The notes under the pieces: generated by a model
Told to the model about the DNA's origin: nothing
Seen by the model: the letters and a program-made list of their open reading frames with translations, nothing else
The model's database searches: none
Shown: one piece after another, positions 16,904 to 27,352 of the stretch
How positions within the stretch are numbered: position 1 is the first letter of the stretch
Layout of the letters: each line of letters begins with the position of its first letter
Made by a program: the position numbers and the translations under genes
Virus record (IMG/VR): IMGVR_UViG_3300042882_000813
Source: an uncultured virus (IMG/VR IMGVR_UViG_3300042882_000813)
Lineage: Duplodnaviria > Heunggongvirae > Uroviricota > Caudoviricetes
Direction: 5' to 3' (one strand)
Length of the DNA: 64,000 nt

Positions 16904-19158
16904 TAACTAAGTATTAATTCAATTTTATCTAATTCTTTATCCATTTCTTCAATCTCATATTGTAAATCTTTTATCCCTTCAACTAAAACTGAATTTAACT
17001 TATAATAATCAATAGAATAATATCCATCATTATTCATTTTAACTACCTCAGGATAATATAATCTAACATTTTGTGCTATCAAACCAATTGTATGTAATTT
17101 ATCTTGTTTTGAGAAAAATTCATACATATCAGGATTTAAATTTTCATTCCAATCATATTCAACAGCATTAATTTTCATAATGTTCTCTAATGCATCTTCA
17201 AGTGTTTCTATACCATCCTTTAATCTAACGTCAGAATAAATAGGAACAAAACATCCACTAGCAGAACCATCAAAACCACAAGTAAAATCAACAGGTATAC
17301 AATTAATCCCAGGATTACCTCGTACCCCACCATAACCAGCCCAATCACAAATATCACTTTCACAATTTGCTTGGGTTCTATATCTATCACCTGTTGAACC
17401 ATTTTGCCAAAAAGTACGACTAAACCCTTTTTTTCCAGCACATACTAGAGTACAATCACCCCAAAAAGTTAAACTAGAACTTGTACAAGTAATTGTAGGA
17501 CCTGAAGCCCCTTGGGCACCTTGAGCACCTTGAGCACCTGTCGCACCTGGAGTCCCTTTAGCCCCTGATGGACCTTGAGCACCGGGAAAACCTGGTGTTC
17601 CTGAAAATCCCGGAGCACCTTGAGCTCCTCTACCTATAGCCCCTTGAGACCCTTGAGAACCTTGTGGACCTTGGAATCCTTGAGCGCCTTGAGAACCTTG
17701 AGAACCTTGTGGACCTGTGCTACCTTGAGCACCTTTAGGTCCTTGACTACCCGCACTCCCTTGTGGACCTTGATAACCAGGATAACCGGCAAAAGCGGCT
17801 GTTCCTTGAGCCCCTTGAGAACCTTTAGGTCCTTGAGACCCTAAAGGACCTTGGGCTCCTGTATTACCTGTAGGACCGGCAAGTCCTGTAAATCCTTTAG
17901 GTCCTTGTGAACCTTGATTACCTTGAGTTCCTGGTGCCGCTTCAAACCCTGGAGGTCCTTGAGCTCCTTTTGGTCCTTGAGCACCGGTGTTTCCTGTATT
18001 CCCTTGAAATCCTTGTGGTCCTTGAGAACCTTGTGGTCCTCTACTTCCTTGTGTACCCAAAAACCCAGTAGGTCCCGGGTCACCTTGAAGTCCTTTAGGT
18101 CCTTGAGCACCTGTATGACCTGTATCACCAGGATTACCGGGATTACCTGTTGTTCCTACATTTCCGGTAGGCCCAATAAAACCTGTTGCACCCAAATCTC
18201 CTTGTGGTCCCGGAAAACCTTGAGCACCTTGTGGTCCTTGTGCGCCTTGAAGTCCTTTAGGTCCATTTGCACCAATAACTCCAACATCTCCTTGTGGCCC
18301 AAGATTACCTTGAGGTCCTGTAAACCCAGTCCCTCCCGGAAACCCTTTTGAACCTTGTGGACCAAGATTACCTTGAGGTCCCGTTGCTCCGGGGTCACCC
18401 GTAGGTCCTTTAGGCCCTTGTGCTCCGGTATTACCCGTAGGACCGGTCGCCCCTTGAACCCCTTGTGAACCTTGAGGTCCCGGAAAACCAATAAATCCCG
18501 GTAAACCAGCACCCCCATTATCTCCTTTCGGACCAACACTACCTGTTGACCCTGTTGAACCACTTATTCCTATATTTCCTGTTTGTCCACTAATACCCGG
18601 AATACCTGTTGGTCCTTGAGGACCTTGAGCACCTTGTGAACCGGTTGGTCCTGTATTACCTGTGGCACCCGGAACACCCTTAGTTCCAACAGTTCCTGTA
18701 CCCCCTGTTGTTCCTGTTGCACCTGAAATTCCAATATTACCAATTGGTCCTTGAGCACCTTGAGCACCTTGAGCACCTTGAGCACCTGATACCACACTTG
18801 CGGTTCCTTGAGCACCTACATTACCTGTATCACCAGCATTACCCGTTGCACCTGTATTACCTTGAGCACCTTGTGCCCCCTCAATATTAGTTGTTGGTCC
18901 AATCCAAGTTCCCGTACCATTTATAACTTGAGTACCGTTAACCGCAAAATAATCTCTTACATTAAGATTATTCCCAATTTTAACTTGTTTATCGTTAATA
19001 AAAAGTACTTCAGCTTCTGTTGCACTACTAAATACAAGAGTACCATTACCACGAACGTTAAATTTAATTAACCCAGTATTCTCAAAGTCAATATAAGGAA
19101 TATTGTCCGGTTGAGGGGCAATTAAATTACTCGGTACTATTAATATATTTTTAGCCAT
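16903..19158 (-). CDS. collagen-like fibre protein with a Cys-rich tip and S74 chaperone domain
   Basis: About 462 aa of Gly-X-Y, an 8-Cys segment, then SDVRLKDGI...GLIAQNV...PEVV. Confidence 0.9.
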   Translation of the reverse strand: MAKNILIVPSNLIAPQPDNIPYIDFENTGLIKFNVRGNGTLVFSSATEAEVLFINDKQVKIGNNLNVRDYFAVNGTQVINGTGTWIGPTTNIEGAQGAQGNTGATGNAGDTGNVGAQGTASVVSGAQGAQGAQGAQGPIGNIGISGATGTTGGTGTVGTKGVPGATGNTGPTGSQGAQGPQGPTGIPGISGQTGNIGISGSTGSTGSVGPKGDNGGAGLPGFIGFPGPQGSQGVQGATGPTGNTGAQGPKGPTGDPGATGPQGNLGPQGSKGFPGGTGFTGPQGNLGPQGDVGVIGANGPKGLQGAQGPQGAQGFPGPQGDLGATGFIGPTGNVGTTGNPGNPGDTGHTGAQGPKGLQGDPGPTGFLGTQGSRGPQGSQGPQGFQGNTGNTGAQGPKGAQGPPGFEAAPGTQGNQGSQGPKGFTGLAGPTGNTGAQGPLGSQGPKGSQGAQGTAAFAGYPGYQGPQGSAGSQGPKGAQGSTGPQGSQGSQGAQGFQGPQGSQGSQGAIGRGAQGAPGFSGTPGFPGAQGPSGAKGTPGATGAQGAQGAQGASGPTITCTSSSLTFWGDCTLVCAGKKGFSRTFWQNGSTGDRYRTQANCESDICDWAGYGGVRGNPGINCIPVDFTCGFDGSASGCFVPIYSDVRLKDGIETLEDALENIMKINAVEYDWNENLNPDMYEFFSKQDKLHTIGLIAQNVRLYYPEVVKMNNDGYYSIDYYKLNSVLVEGIKDLQYEIEEMDKELDKIELILS

Positions 19159-19283
19159 TAAAACTTTGTTTCAGTTAACTTATAAATACAAAGGAATCTT
19201 GTTATTTCAATTTAATAACTATTCGTTTTGTTTTTTAATTTTACTATAATTTCCGAAACATTAAACACTTATCATAATTTAGT

Positions 19284-20039
19284 ATGGTTTTAAAAAATAC
19301 AGGTAGTCGAATATTGATTACTAATTTATTCGCCGATTTTATATTATCTAAAATACCACATAATGAAGAAACAATCATTAAAGTAGTTGATTGTACAAAT
19401 TTCTTTATAATTAAAGGAAAGACAAGTTATAATCAAGTACTTGATTTAACAATAATATTAGATGAATTCTTAAAAAAATACGAAGACCATTTAGGTAAAG
19501 TTAAATTATCCCATACCGTAGATTTAATTGAGTATGATGTTAAAATGAACATACCAAATGATTTTGAATTTGTTTATCACAACTCCGTTAATTGTTCATA
19601 CCATTACACCCAAATTGAATCGTATGAAAATAAGAAGTCGTCATATAATTATAATCACATTATCACCGAAATTACCGATGAAGATATGGTATCAGTTTCG
19701 GAATTCCCTCATGGTTATTCATTAGGACAGGGTAGATTACACTATTATTACGGTAAACATATCTTTTATAGTATTCCAACAAACTATCCGGTAAACACCG
19801 TTATTTTTAATATATCCAAAAACAAGACAGAAGATGGTGAACCAATCTTTTCCGTAAGGTCATCAACATCAACTTATATTGATATGACATTAACATCAGC
19901 AATATTGGATGTGTTCGATTTTGATATGTCTTGGTTAGAAAAAGAAATAAAAAAAGTGGATTGGAGTTTAGAACTACTCAATCCACTTGAAGAATATGAT
20001 TTTATTAAAAAAATTAATAAAAATTTGGTAATCGTTTAA
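19284..20039 (+). CDS. hypothetical protein (N-terminus weakly resembles SAM synthetase)
   Basis: 251-aa ORF; NLFADFILSKI...FIIKGKT pattern only. Confidence 0.6.
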   Translation: MVLKNTGSRILITNLFADFILSKIPHNEETIIKVVDCTNFFIIKGKTSYNQVLDLTIILDEFLKKYEDHLGKVKLSHTVDLIEYDVKMNIPNDFEFVYHNSVNCSYHYTQIESYENKKSSYNYNHIITEITDEDMVSVSEFPHGYSLGQGRLHYYYGKHIFYSIPTNYPVNTVIFNISKNKTEDGEPIFSVRSSTSTYIDMTLTSAILDVFDFDMSWLEKEIKKVDWSLELLNPLEEYDFIKKINKNLVIV

Positions 20040-20335
20040 ATAATACCAATTTTTTTTCTGTGTTGGTTGATAATATCTACCGCCTCAGTTAGTTCGTTAT
20101 AGTTCCTTTCGGGAGCATATAGGAATGATTCATATTTAGCATCATCACCTTCAATAATCAACAAAGCTGGTATCATATCGTTTTCGGTTATCTGAGTAAA
20201 AGTATCATACTCATCTCTATATTCATCAATATCCCTATCAAAAAACTCAATCCCTTCATTGGTAAGGAGTTCTTTAAAGTCTACACAGAAGGGGCATCCC
20301 TTCATTGTGTAAACTATAACGTTTAAATCTTTCAT
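20036..20335 (-). CDS. glutaredoxin-like protein
   Basis: VYTMKGCPFC...IP. Confidence 0.9.
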   Translation of the reverse strand: MKDLNVIVYTMKGCPFCVDFKELLTNEGIEFFDRDIDEYRDEYDTFTQITENDMIPALLIIEGDDAKYESFLYAPERNYNELTEAVDIINQHRKKIGII

Positions 20336-20336
20336 A

Positions 20337-20657
20337 TTAATTTAACAATTCTGTTGCCAACTCTTTTATTCTATCCTCTCTTAATACACCCGGACTTGAG
20401 AATTTTTGTTCTCCTCCCACAAATGTTTTAACAGTTGGAATCGCACGAATTCCTAACTCAGCAGCAAACTCTTTATTCTCCTCAACATTTAATGTGTATA
20501 GTTGAACATCTGAGTTATCATCTCTATACTCTTGAGATACTTTCTCAAAAATAGGTTTCATAATCTTGCATGGTCCACACCACGGGGCCCAGAAATCAAC
20601 TACTAATTTCTCACCATTCTCAATTTTTTGTTTTAACTCTTCGGTTGTAATTTCCAT
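20337..20657 (-). CDS. trxA: thioredoxin
   Basis: VVDFWAPWCGPCK...GIRAIPT. Confidence 0.95.
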   Translation of the reverse strand: MEITTEELKQKIENGEKLVVDFWAPWCGPCKIMKPIFEKVSQEYRDDNSDVQLYTLNVEENKEFAAELGIRAIPTVKTFVGGEQKFSSPGVLREDRIKELATELLN

Positions 20658-20974
20658 AAATTTGTTTGTTTTAAAATTTGTCCAATGACTAATCTAAGTT
20701 CATCTAATTGTTTTTGTTTGTAATAGATTCTACTTTGAACATCACCGTCCTCGGTTATTAATAAATATAAATAAAATTCTTGTTTTGTTTTATAAATTTT
20801 TTCTTTGAAGGTAATTTTTAAATTTTGTTCAATATTTGAAATACTATGAACTAATTCAAATTTACTATTATCGAGAAATTTTTCAAACTCAATATTAGCT
20901 TCCGGTAAATTCATAACTGAAAAATCATTTTCAGTTACAACTTCAATCCTCTCAATATAATTTGGTTTTTCCAT
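20633..20974 (-). CDS. hypothetical protein
   Basis: 113-aa ORF in the operon. Confidence 0.7.
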   Translation of the reverse strand: MEKPNYIERIEVVTENDFSVMNLPEANIEFEKFLDNSKFELVHSISNIEQNLKITFKEKIYKTKQEFYLYLLITEDGDVQSRIYYKQKQLDELRLVIGQILKQTNLWKLQPKS

Positions 20975-20975
20975 A

Positions 20976-22652
20976 TTAATAAAATAGTCCTATGAAACCT
21001 TGATTAATTCTTTTATCTTCCCAATCTAATGAGCCCCAACTATTCCACACACTATTAGATTCAAATCTCATACCCATCTTATTTTCTTTAATTACTTTAA
21101 CAAAATCAAAGTTTTTATCTTGAATATAATATAACATTATTTTATCCAAACTCAATAAAATATCATCCCATTCACTTTTTAATCCGGTATTACGTTTACC
21201 TAACGATTGAACTCTTTGAATAATTACTTCATCGTTAATTTTTCTAACTTGATATTCTATTGTCGCTCTTTCTTTTTCCTCATTTCTCAATGATATAATA
21301 ATTGAAGCCGGTCTTGAGACATATGATTTAACACAATTAGATTGTGTTGAACTTTCTTCGTTATACTCTTTAGATGTTGTCAATAACACAGGTTTCACCC
21401 CATTAATATCTTTAGATAAAAGTTGATGAAGTACCTCCGGATAAATTCTAGTATAAACCCCATCACGATAATGAGCTAACTTATCCGTCCAATCAAGGTG
21501 CTCTTGATGAAATATATCTTTGTTTGAACCGTCAGCCATCCATTTAATATCCACACCATATCTACGTAACTCACAATACATTCTAACGTGGTCACTCAGA
21601 GTGTAGGTGTCAATATTACAATAAATAAACACCTCTTTGAATGTTTGGTAATATCTATCAAGTTCGGAAGGACTAATTAACTCAATTAATAAATCCGCAG
21701 CCTGTGGAGAATTGACATGAGTTACTGATTCTAATAACCCTAACACCGTACCTTTGTCTTGATTTAGTTTATCAATACCAAAAACTTTTTTGGCATAAAA
21801 ATACACATCAAGATTAATTTTTTCACACTCATGTAATGATTTTTTTAAAAGAGCTCCACTTATGTTTTTTTCATCCATGAAAGCATCCACCAATCGACCA
21901 CCATTTTTCTTAAGTTTTTTTCTAATAGAAGGGCCAATCAAATGTTGTTTATATGCACTAAAATTGTTTGGATATTTGATTCCTCTTTTATCTAAATAAA
22001 ATTTAAATAACCTATCATCAACACTTAACCCTTCATAACGTCCTTGGTCAATTGATTCTATAAATTTATTCACAACTTCGTTAACAACAGTAGAAACAGA
22101 TTTATCATTTATTGTTGTACCAAAAACTTGTAAATTATTTCTAAGTTTATTCTTAATCAAACTTAATGGGTCACCAATAAAACAATTTCGATTAATTTTC
22201 TTTGTCGCCTTTCTTTTCTTTTGGAAGTTATGTAAATACCCTGTGTAAACATCTCCGGTTTTTAAATTCACGGTAATGTAATCAACATTTTTCTTAACCC
22301 TAAAGTACTTAACACCTTTGGTTCTCATTTTTGACCCTGTAAACATCTTCAAAGAAATCTTGTCTCCATCTTTTTCAACAACCACCATTACATATTCTTT
22401 CCTAACTTGACACAACGGATTACCATAGTTCTCAACGAAGACTTCTTCGTTTTTACTATGAATTGTATCAACAATAAATAAAGGACGACTGCCGTGTTTT
22501 TTTGAAATATCTTCAACTTTAACGGTATCGTCATCCCACCAACCTTTTTCTCCTTGAGTTCCAATCGGTCCTCTATAATCAATAGGACTAGAGTCTTTAT
22601 ACTTTACAGTATGATACTCTTCACATTGTATTTTTATTATCTCTTCTCTCAT
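20976..22652 (-). CDS. PcfJ-like domain protein
   Basis: C-terminal EESSTQSNCVKSY...IISLR...RATIE...Q.LGKRN. Confidence 0.75.
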   Translation of the reverse strand: MREEIIKIQCEEYHTVKYKDSSPIDYRGPIGTQGEKGWWDDDTVKVEDISKKHGSRPLFIVDTIHSKNEEVFVENYGNPLCQVRKEYVMVVVEKDGDKISLKMFTGSKMRTKGVKYFRVKKNVDYITVNLKTGDVYTGYLHNFQKKRKATKKINRNCFIGDPLSLIKNKLRNNLQVFGTTINDKSVSTVVNEVVNKFIESIDQGRYEGLSVDDRLFKFYLDKRGIKYPNNFSAYKQHLIGPSIRKKLKKNGGRLVDAFMDEKNISGALLKKSLHECEKINLDVYFYAKKVFGIDKLNQDKGTVLGLLESVTHVNSPQAADLLIELISPSELDRYYQTFKEVFIYCNIDTYTLSDHVRMYCELRRYGVDIKWMADGSNKDIFHQEHLDWTDKLAHYRDGVYTRIYPEVLHQLLSKDINGVKPVLLTTSKEYNEESSTQSNCVKSYVSRPASIIISLRNEEKERATIEYQVRKINDEVIIQRVQSLGKRNTGLKSEWDDILLSLDKIMLYYIQDKNFDFVKVIKENKMGMRFESNSVWNSWGSLDWEDKRINQGFIGLFY

Positions 22653-22674
22653 AAGAGCAAAGATAATAAAAAAT

Positions 22675-22708
22675 AAAAAAGGAGAACTAATTTGTCCTCC
22701 TTTTTTTT
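22675..22708. terminator. intrinsic terminator
   Basis: AAAAAAGGAG...CTCCTTTTTTTT. Confidence 0.65.
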
Positions 22709-22715
22709 ATCTATT

Positions 22716-23063
22716 TTAAGAAATTTCTTTTATCTTATCTCTGAGTTTAGCTGCCTCTTCATATTCTTCACTTTCAAGTGCAATATCAAGTTTCTTTTTT
22801 AACATATCAAGTTCATTAATTTCAATAATCTTAGTTGAACCTTCCATTCTTTTTTTCTCGTTTAACTGAACACAAATTTCAAGTATTTGATTTCTAGTTA
22901 AAACATAATCATCCCCATTTTCATAATTTGTGAACGAATACTTTCTAATCATTGAGTAAAAATCTTCCTCTTTATCTTTTGGAACTAAACTAAGTAAATC
23001 CTTAGGGTTCTCTCTGAAAAATTTGATGATTCCACTTAAATAAACTTCGACATCAACACTCAT
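22716..23063 (-). CDS. protein with a C-terminal UVR (UvrB/UvrC) motif
   Basis: LKKKLDIALESEEYEEAAKLRDKIKEI. Confidence 0.8.
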   Translation of the reverse strand: MSVDVEVYLSGIIKFFRENPKDLLSLVPKDKEEDFYSMIRKYSFTNYENGDDYVLTRNQILEICVQLNEKKRMEGSTKIIEINELDMLKKKLDIALESEEYEEAAKLRDKIKEIS

Positions 23064-23084
23064 ACAATATATTTTTAATTATTA

Positions 23085-24404
23085 TTAATCTTGTAGGTCC
23101 CACATACCTCCACCCATGTCAGTACCTTTTTCTTTAATCGCTTGAGGTACTTCAACATTTGGACTACCTTTCAAGTTTAAGAATAATAATGATGGTAAGT
23201 TAGAAATACATTCAGGAATTGAAGTTAATTTTTGATTATTAATCAATGCCAAGAATTTAAGTTTTTCTAACCCACAAACTGAATCCGGAATACTAGCAAC
23301 ACAGTTGTCTAACATAATCATATTCAAGTCCTTGAATCTTCCAATTTCTTCAGGAATGTTAATAATGATATCACTCTTATTATCCTTATTTTGGATTTGG
23401 AACTCTTTAAGTGTTGGAGGTAAGTTACCAATTAAATCATCTAATCCATAAAGTGCAATAAATTTACCAACTGCACCATGAGTAAAACTATCAATAACTA
23501 ATTTCTCCCCACCAACTGTAAGTCCTTTTGCAAACTCAGGTTTGAAAAAGTCTTTCAATTCTTTCATCGGTCCAGTAAGTAATTGTACTAAATCTTGTTG
23601 ACGGTCATCCTTATCCATGAATTGATTCGATGGGAAATGGAATTGATATCTATTTTTAGGTAATCCGGTTGTCGGTGAAACATCTGTATCATTTGGATTA
23701 TACAAAACGTATAATGGTCCGTCTTTAATGTATCTGTTAAACCATTGGTCAGTTCCCGGAGTTGATGTACACCATCTTGTCTCTTGATTATTACCACCAT
23801 AGAAACAAGCAGCTTCTTTACCTACCGGTCCTTTATCTTCAATTTCAATAACTCTCCAATTTGGACCGTCATAAACCATTTTAGAACCAGGATGAACCTC
23901 AGCAGATTTTCTTTCTGCTTTAGTTGTTGTTGCCAATGTAAGGTCGAAGTCTTTAACCGCATCATATAGTTGGTCCGCAGTTAATTTATTGATATCTTTT
24001 TCACCTTTAATTTTACCTTTGAATCTCTCAAATTTCTTTAAGTCATCAGTAACTTTATAAAGGTCTTCCATAAAGGTCTCTTTTACATTTGCCAATTCTC
24101 TGTCATACCCATTTTCCCCAGGTTGTCTTTCAGTTTTAAGGGTTAAATATTGTTTGATAAGCCATTGTACATATTTACCGGCTTTAAGTTTCTTATAGTC
24201 ATCTTTAGACATATTTTCCAAATCAACATCATTCAAACGAGTTGTTGGGTCCGCTTGAACTAAAGCATTCAATTCTTGTTTGGTAAGTCTTGGTTTTTGT
24301 TTTTTACCTTGTTTGTCTACTGATGGTTGTGTCAACGCATCATATAAAACTTCAAATCTTGACTGTTCCAATATAATGGATTTCAATAATGGTGTAAATT
24401 TCAT
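23085..24404 (-). CDS. 'T[KR]WCT'-domain protein 2 with C-terminal leucine-rich repeats
   Basis: ACFYGGNNQETRWCTS; IPEEIGRFKDL..., IPDSVCGLEKLKFLAL..., IPECISNLPSLLFLNL. Confidence 0.85.
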   Translation of the reverse strand: MKFTPLLKSIILEQSRFEVLYDALTQPSVDKQGKKQKPRLTKQELNALVQADPTTRLNDVDLENMSKDDYKKLKAGKYVQWLIKQYLTLKTERQPGENGYDRELANVKETFMEDLYKVTDDLKKFERFKGKIKGEKDINKLTADQLYDAVKDFDLTLATTTKAERKSAEVHPGSKMVYDGPNWRVIEIEDKGPVGKEAACFYGGNNQETRWCTSTPGTDQWFNRYIKDGPLYVLYNPNDTDVSPTTGLPKNRYQFHFPSNQFMDKDDRQQDLVQLLTGPMKELKDFFKPEFAKGLTVGGEKLVIDSFTHGAVGKFIALYGLDDLIGNLPPTLKEFQIQNKDNKSDIIINIPEEIGRFKDLNMIMLDNCVASIPDSVCGLEKLKFLALINNQKLTSIPECISNLPSLLFLNLKGSPNVEVPQAIKEKGTDMGGGMWDLQD

Positions 24405-24446
24405 CTTAAACTATTTTAATTATAAATATATCGAATGCAAATATAA

Positions 24447-25289
24447 TCAATAATTTAATATAAGTAGCTCTTTTGATAAATTTTGTTTTACACCTTTTTT
24501 AGCTGCAGCCGCTTTAGCAAATTCTTTTTCTTCCCATCTATAAACATTTTGAGGAAACCACGTATGTAATTGAGGAAAATCATAATAAGATAAAGACCAT
24601 TTTGATTGAGATGCTTTGATACAATCCGCCAACCTTTCGTGGTCACCACTATCAAAGTCATGATTAGAGTAATAGTTTTCAGTTTTCCAATACGGAGGGT
24701 CTAAGTAAATATATGTTGTTGGTGAGTCATATTTAGTAATCAAAGTCTCAAAATCCATATTCTCAACTTTAGTAATCCTAACAAAATGTTCCACCCATTT
24801 AGGATTTGATAACTTATCTCTAAACGTTAAATATTTTGATTTGTAATTACCTTTAAGGTCAATAAATGAACTTGTCTCAGGTTTTGAACCACTGAAAACT
24901 TGTGTTAACACATACGCATATTTCGCAGCAGTAACATAATCGTAAGGTTGTACGCTGAAATTAGTTTCAAATATTTCAGCTTGGAACCTGATGAATTGTT
25001 CTTTGTAGATATCCGGTGTTGGAGATTCCCCTTTTTGTTGACAAGGGATGTTATTAATTGCCTCCAATAATAATTCAGGATTTTGAATACATTGGAATAA
25101 ATTATAGTTAAGTGGGTTGAAGTCATTATACACAACTTCTTTCAAATTTGGATATTGTGTTAAATCCATATTAAAGAAACACCAAAACATTCCCCCGAAT
25201 GGTTCAACATATGTTTCCATATCTTCAGGGTAGAATGGTACAATCCATTTCCCTATTTTAGATTTTCCTCCGATGTAAGATAAAGCCAT
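24447..25289 (-). CDS. DNA adenine methyltransferase (Dam/D12, alpha class)
   Basis: YIGGKS, YVEPFGG, YNDFN, YLDPPY. Confidence 0.92.
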   Translation of the reverse strand: MALSYIGGKSKIGKWIVPFYPEDMETYVEPFGGMFWCFFNMDLTQYPNLKEVVYNDFNPLNYNLFQCIQNPELLLEAINNIPCQQKGESPTPDIYKEQFIRFQAEIFETNFSVQPYDYVTAAKYAYVLTQVFSGSKPETSSFIDLKGNYKSKYLTFRDKLSNPKWVEHFVRITKVENMDFETLITKYDSPTTYIYLDPPYWKTENYYSNHDFDSGDHERLADCIKASQSKWSLSYYDFPQLHTWFPQNVYRWEEKEFAKAAAAKKGVKQNLSKELLILNY

Positions 25290-25385
25290 AAATTAGTTTT
25301 TTATTAATTATACGAAAAAAATTTGAAAAGGCAAATTTACTCGTGATTATTTTTATTTATATTTAAAAGATAAAACATTAGAAAC

Positions 25386-25574
25386 ATGGAATCAGTTGAA
25401 GGACACATTATAGAACAAAATGACATTAACACAGGTGGATGTAAGAAATGCCAACAAAGAAGAGGACCATCAAAAAAACAATTTGCAGGTATTTTTATTG
25501 GAACCTACGTTCTTTTCGCATCAATCTATGGAACAATTGTTATCATTAATAAGATTATAGACTTTTTTAATTAA
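25386..25574 (+). CDS. small CxxC membrane protein
   Basis: GGCKKC followed by one hydrophobic segment. Confidence 0.65.
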   Translation: MESVEGHIIEQNDINTGGCKKCQQRRGPSKKQFAGIFIGTYVLFASIYGTIVIINKIIDFFN

Positions 25575-26500
25575 GGTCTTTCAAATCTTACATTTAATTT
25601 AACATACATATCTCCTCCATTATACCCTTTACCTTTTAACCTTAAAGGTTTTGAGGTGTCAAATATCTTTGGTTGACTCAACATTAGTTCTCCGTCAGGA
25701 TGTGGTACTCTTAATCGGTCCGCATTGACCTCATTTAAGTCAAGAAACAAATTATAAATCAAGTCATTATTCATTTTCTCAAAACCGTCTTTTTCAATCA
25801 ATTCAATTTGAATAACTAAATCACCAATCTCTCCATGTCTAAAATCCCCAAAATTCTCAAGTTTTAGATATTGTCCACTATCAACACCTTTAGGTAATTT
25901 GAAGTTAACACTGCCCATTTCATTTTTAGTACCATTACCATTACAAGTGTGACATTTATGAATCAAAGTATATCCTCGTCCAGCACAACTATCACATGCT
26001 TGTCTTATTTGTTGAACCATAAATCCTGTACCAAAAGTTTTAATTTGGAATCCCGCACCATTACATCCGGTACAAGTTTGTTGTTGACCACCAGTACCAC
26101 TACAACTTCCACACTGAGTATCCTTCAAATATTGAATTTTCTTTTCAATTCCTTGGTATGATTCAATTGGTGTGATTTGAACTTTAACAATTTTATCGGG
26201 AACTGATTTTCTTCGAGTCCTTTGAGGACCTCCACCTCTATTAAACATTTGGTTAAACATTTCTTCAAATGAAGAACCTCCCATACCTCCAGCAAATGGA
26301 TTATTTTTAGTTTGGTCATATTGAGCTCGTTTCTCCGGATTACCTACTGTATCGTAGGCTTCCGCAATATCTTTAAATTTATCCGCACCCTCAGGATTTA
26401 CATCGGGGTGATATTTCTTAGATAGAGTACGATAACTCTTTTTTATGTCTTGTTGTGAAGCTTTCTCTTCAACTTCTAAAATTTTGTAGTAATCTTTCAT
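25571..26500 (-). CDS. dnaJ: DnaJ co-chaperone
   Basis: J domain with HPD, G/F linker, four CxxCxGxG motifs, C-terminal domain. Confidence 0.95.
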   Translation of the reverse strand: MKDYYKILEVEEKASQQDIKKSYRTLSKKYHPDVNPEGADKFKDIAEAYDTVGNPEKRAQYDQTKNNPFAGGMGGSSFEEMFNQMFNRGGGPQRTRRKSVPDKIVKVQITPIESYQGIEKKIQYLKDTQCGSCSGTGGQQQTCTGCNGAGFQIKTFGTGFMVQQIRQACDSCAGRGYTLIHKCHTCNGNGTKNEMGSVNFKLPKGVDSGQYLKLENFGDFRHGEIGDLVIQIELIEKDGFEKMNNDLIYNLFLDLNEVNADRLRVPHPDGELMLSQPKIFDTSKPLRLKGKGYNGGDMYVKLNVRFERP

Positions 26501-26502
26501 AT

Positions 26503-27147
26503 ATGGTAAACTATCTTGTGGTCTTATTTAAAAATAAGAAACGTAAAAAAATTATAAATAAGTTCGTGACCTTTTCACGGGCTAAACAATATTACGACAA
26601 TTTATTAAAAGAATCAAATGACGTTCTGTTTAATGTTGAAGTTGAGAATGGCGTTGATACAAGATATGAACTAGGTTTAATCGAGATGAGTACCAATCAA
26701 TTAATCCCTATTTATATGACCGATGAATATGGTAGGAACTCCAAAGTTAAATTGGAAGGTGACGGTATGACTTTATTTAAGATAGATTACTACAAAAAAG
26801 AAGAAACAATATATGACATATCCAAAAAGAAAAAGATAACCTCTCAAGAACTAATTAAAACCTATCTAAAGGGTGATGGATTAAAAATGATATCAAGTCT
26901 TAACAATAAAATTATTGTTCAAGAGGATGAAAAAATACACCTATTTACATTAAAGACAGAATCGGAAGCTTCAAGATTTATTGATTGTCTCTCACTACAT
27001 TTCTTTAAAACAAAAAGAGGAGATTGCCTTTTTGTTAAAGACCACTCCTCTGCTCAAAGAAAATATTTATTTGATATGTTAGAATCTTACGGTATTGATA
27101 AAAAAATATTATACCGAAAATTTACTTCTCAACCTCCGTTAAAATAA
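26503..27147 (+). CDS. hypothetical protein
   Basis: ORF; the ATG at 26503 is preferred because it avoids overlap with dnaJ. Confidence 0.75.
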   Translation: MVNYLVVLFKNKKRKKIINKFVTFSRAKQYYDNLLKESNDVLFNVEVENGVDTRYELGLIEMSTNQLIPIYMTDEYGRNSKVKLEGDGMTLFKIDYYKKEETIYDISKKKKITSQELIKTYLKGDGLKMISSLNNKIIVQEDEKIHLFTLKTESEASRFIDCLSLHFFKTKRGDCLFVKDHSSAQRKYLFDMLESYGIDKKILYRKFTSQPPLK

Positions 27148-27352
27148 AATGAAACTCAGTTCCGGAGATATCTATTGAAAATTGTTTGTGATGTCTATCA
27201 ATCTCCCTGAAGTGATTAATAACACTGGTGTACTCACCAATAGGTAGTTCAAACACTATGGTCCCTTTACCACTAAAAATTGATTGACAAGATTCAGCAA
27301 TTAATGCCAATTTTTCTAACTCCCCAAGAGTAATATTTTGATTCTCTCCCAT
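27122..27352 (-). CDS. hypothetical protein
   Basis: 76-aa ORF. Confidence 0.65.
   Translation of the reverse strand: MGENQNITLGELEKLALIAESCQSIFSGKGTIVFELPIGEYTSVINHFREIDRHHKQFSIDISGTEFHFILTEVEK

Noticed and set aside
13237..19071. Many alternative-frame and antisense ORFs (VLKVLK, LEHLEH, STLRTL)
   Set aside because: These are shadows of the Gly-X-Y codon periodicity.
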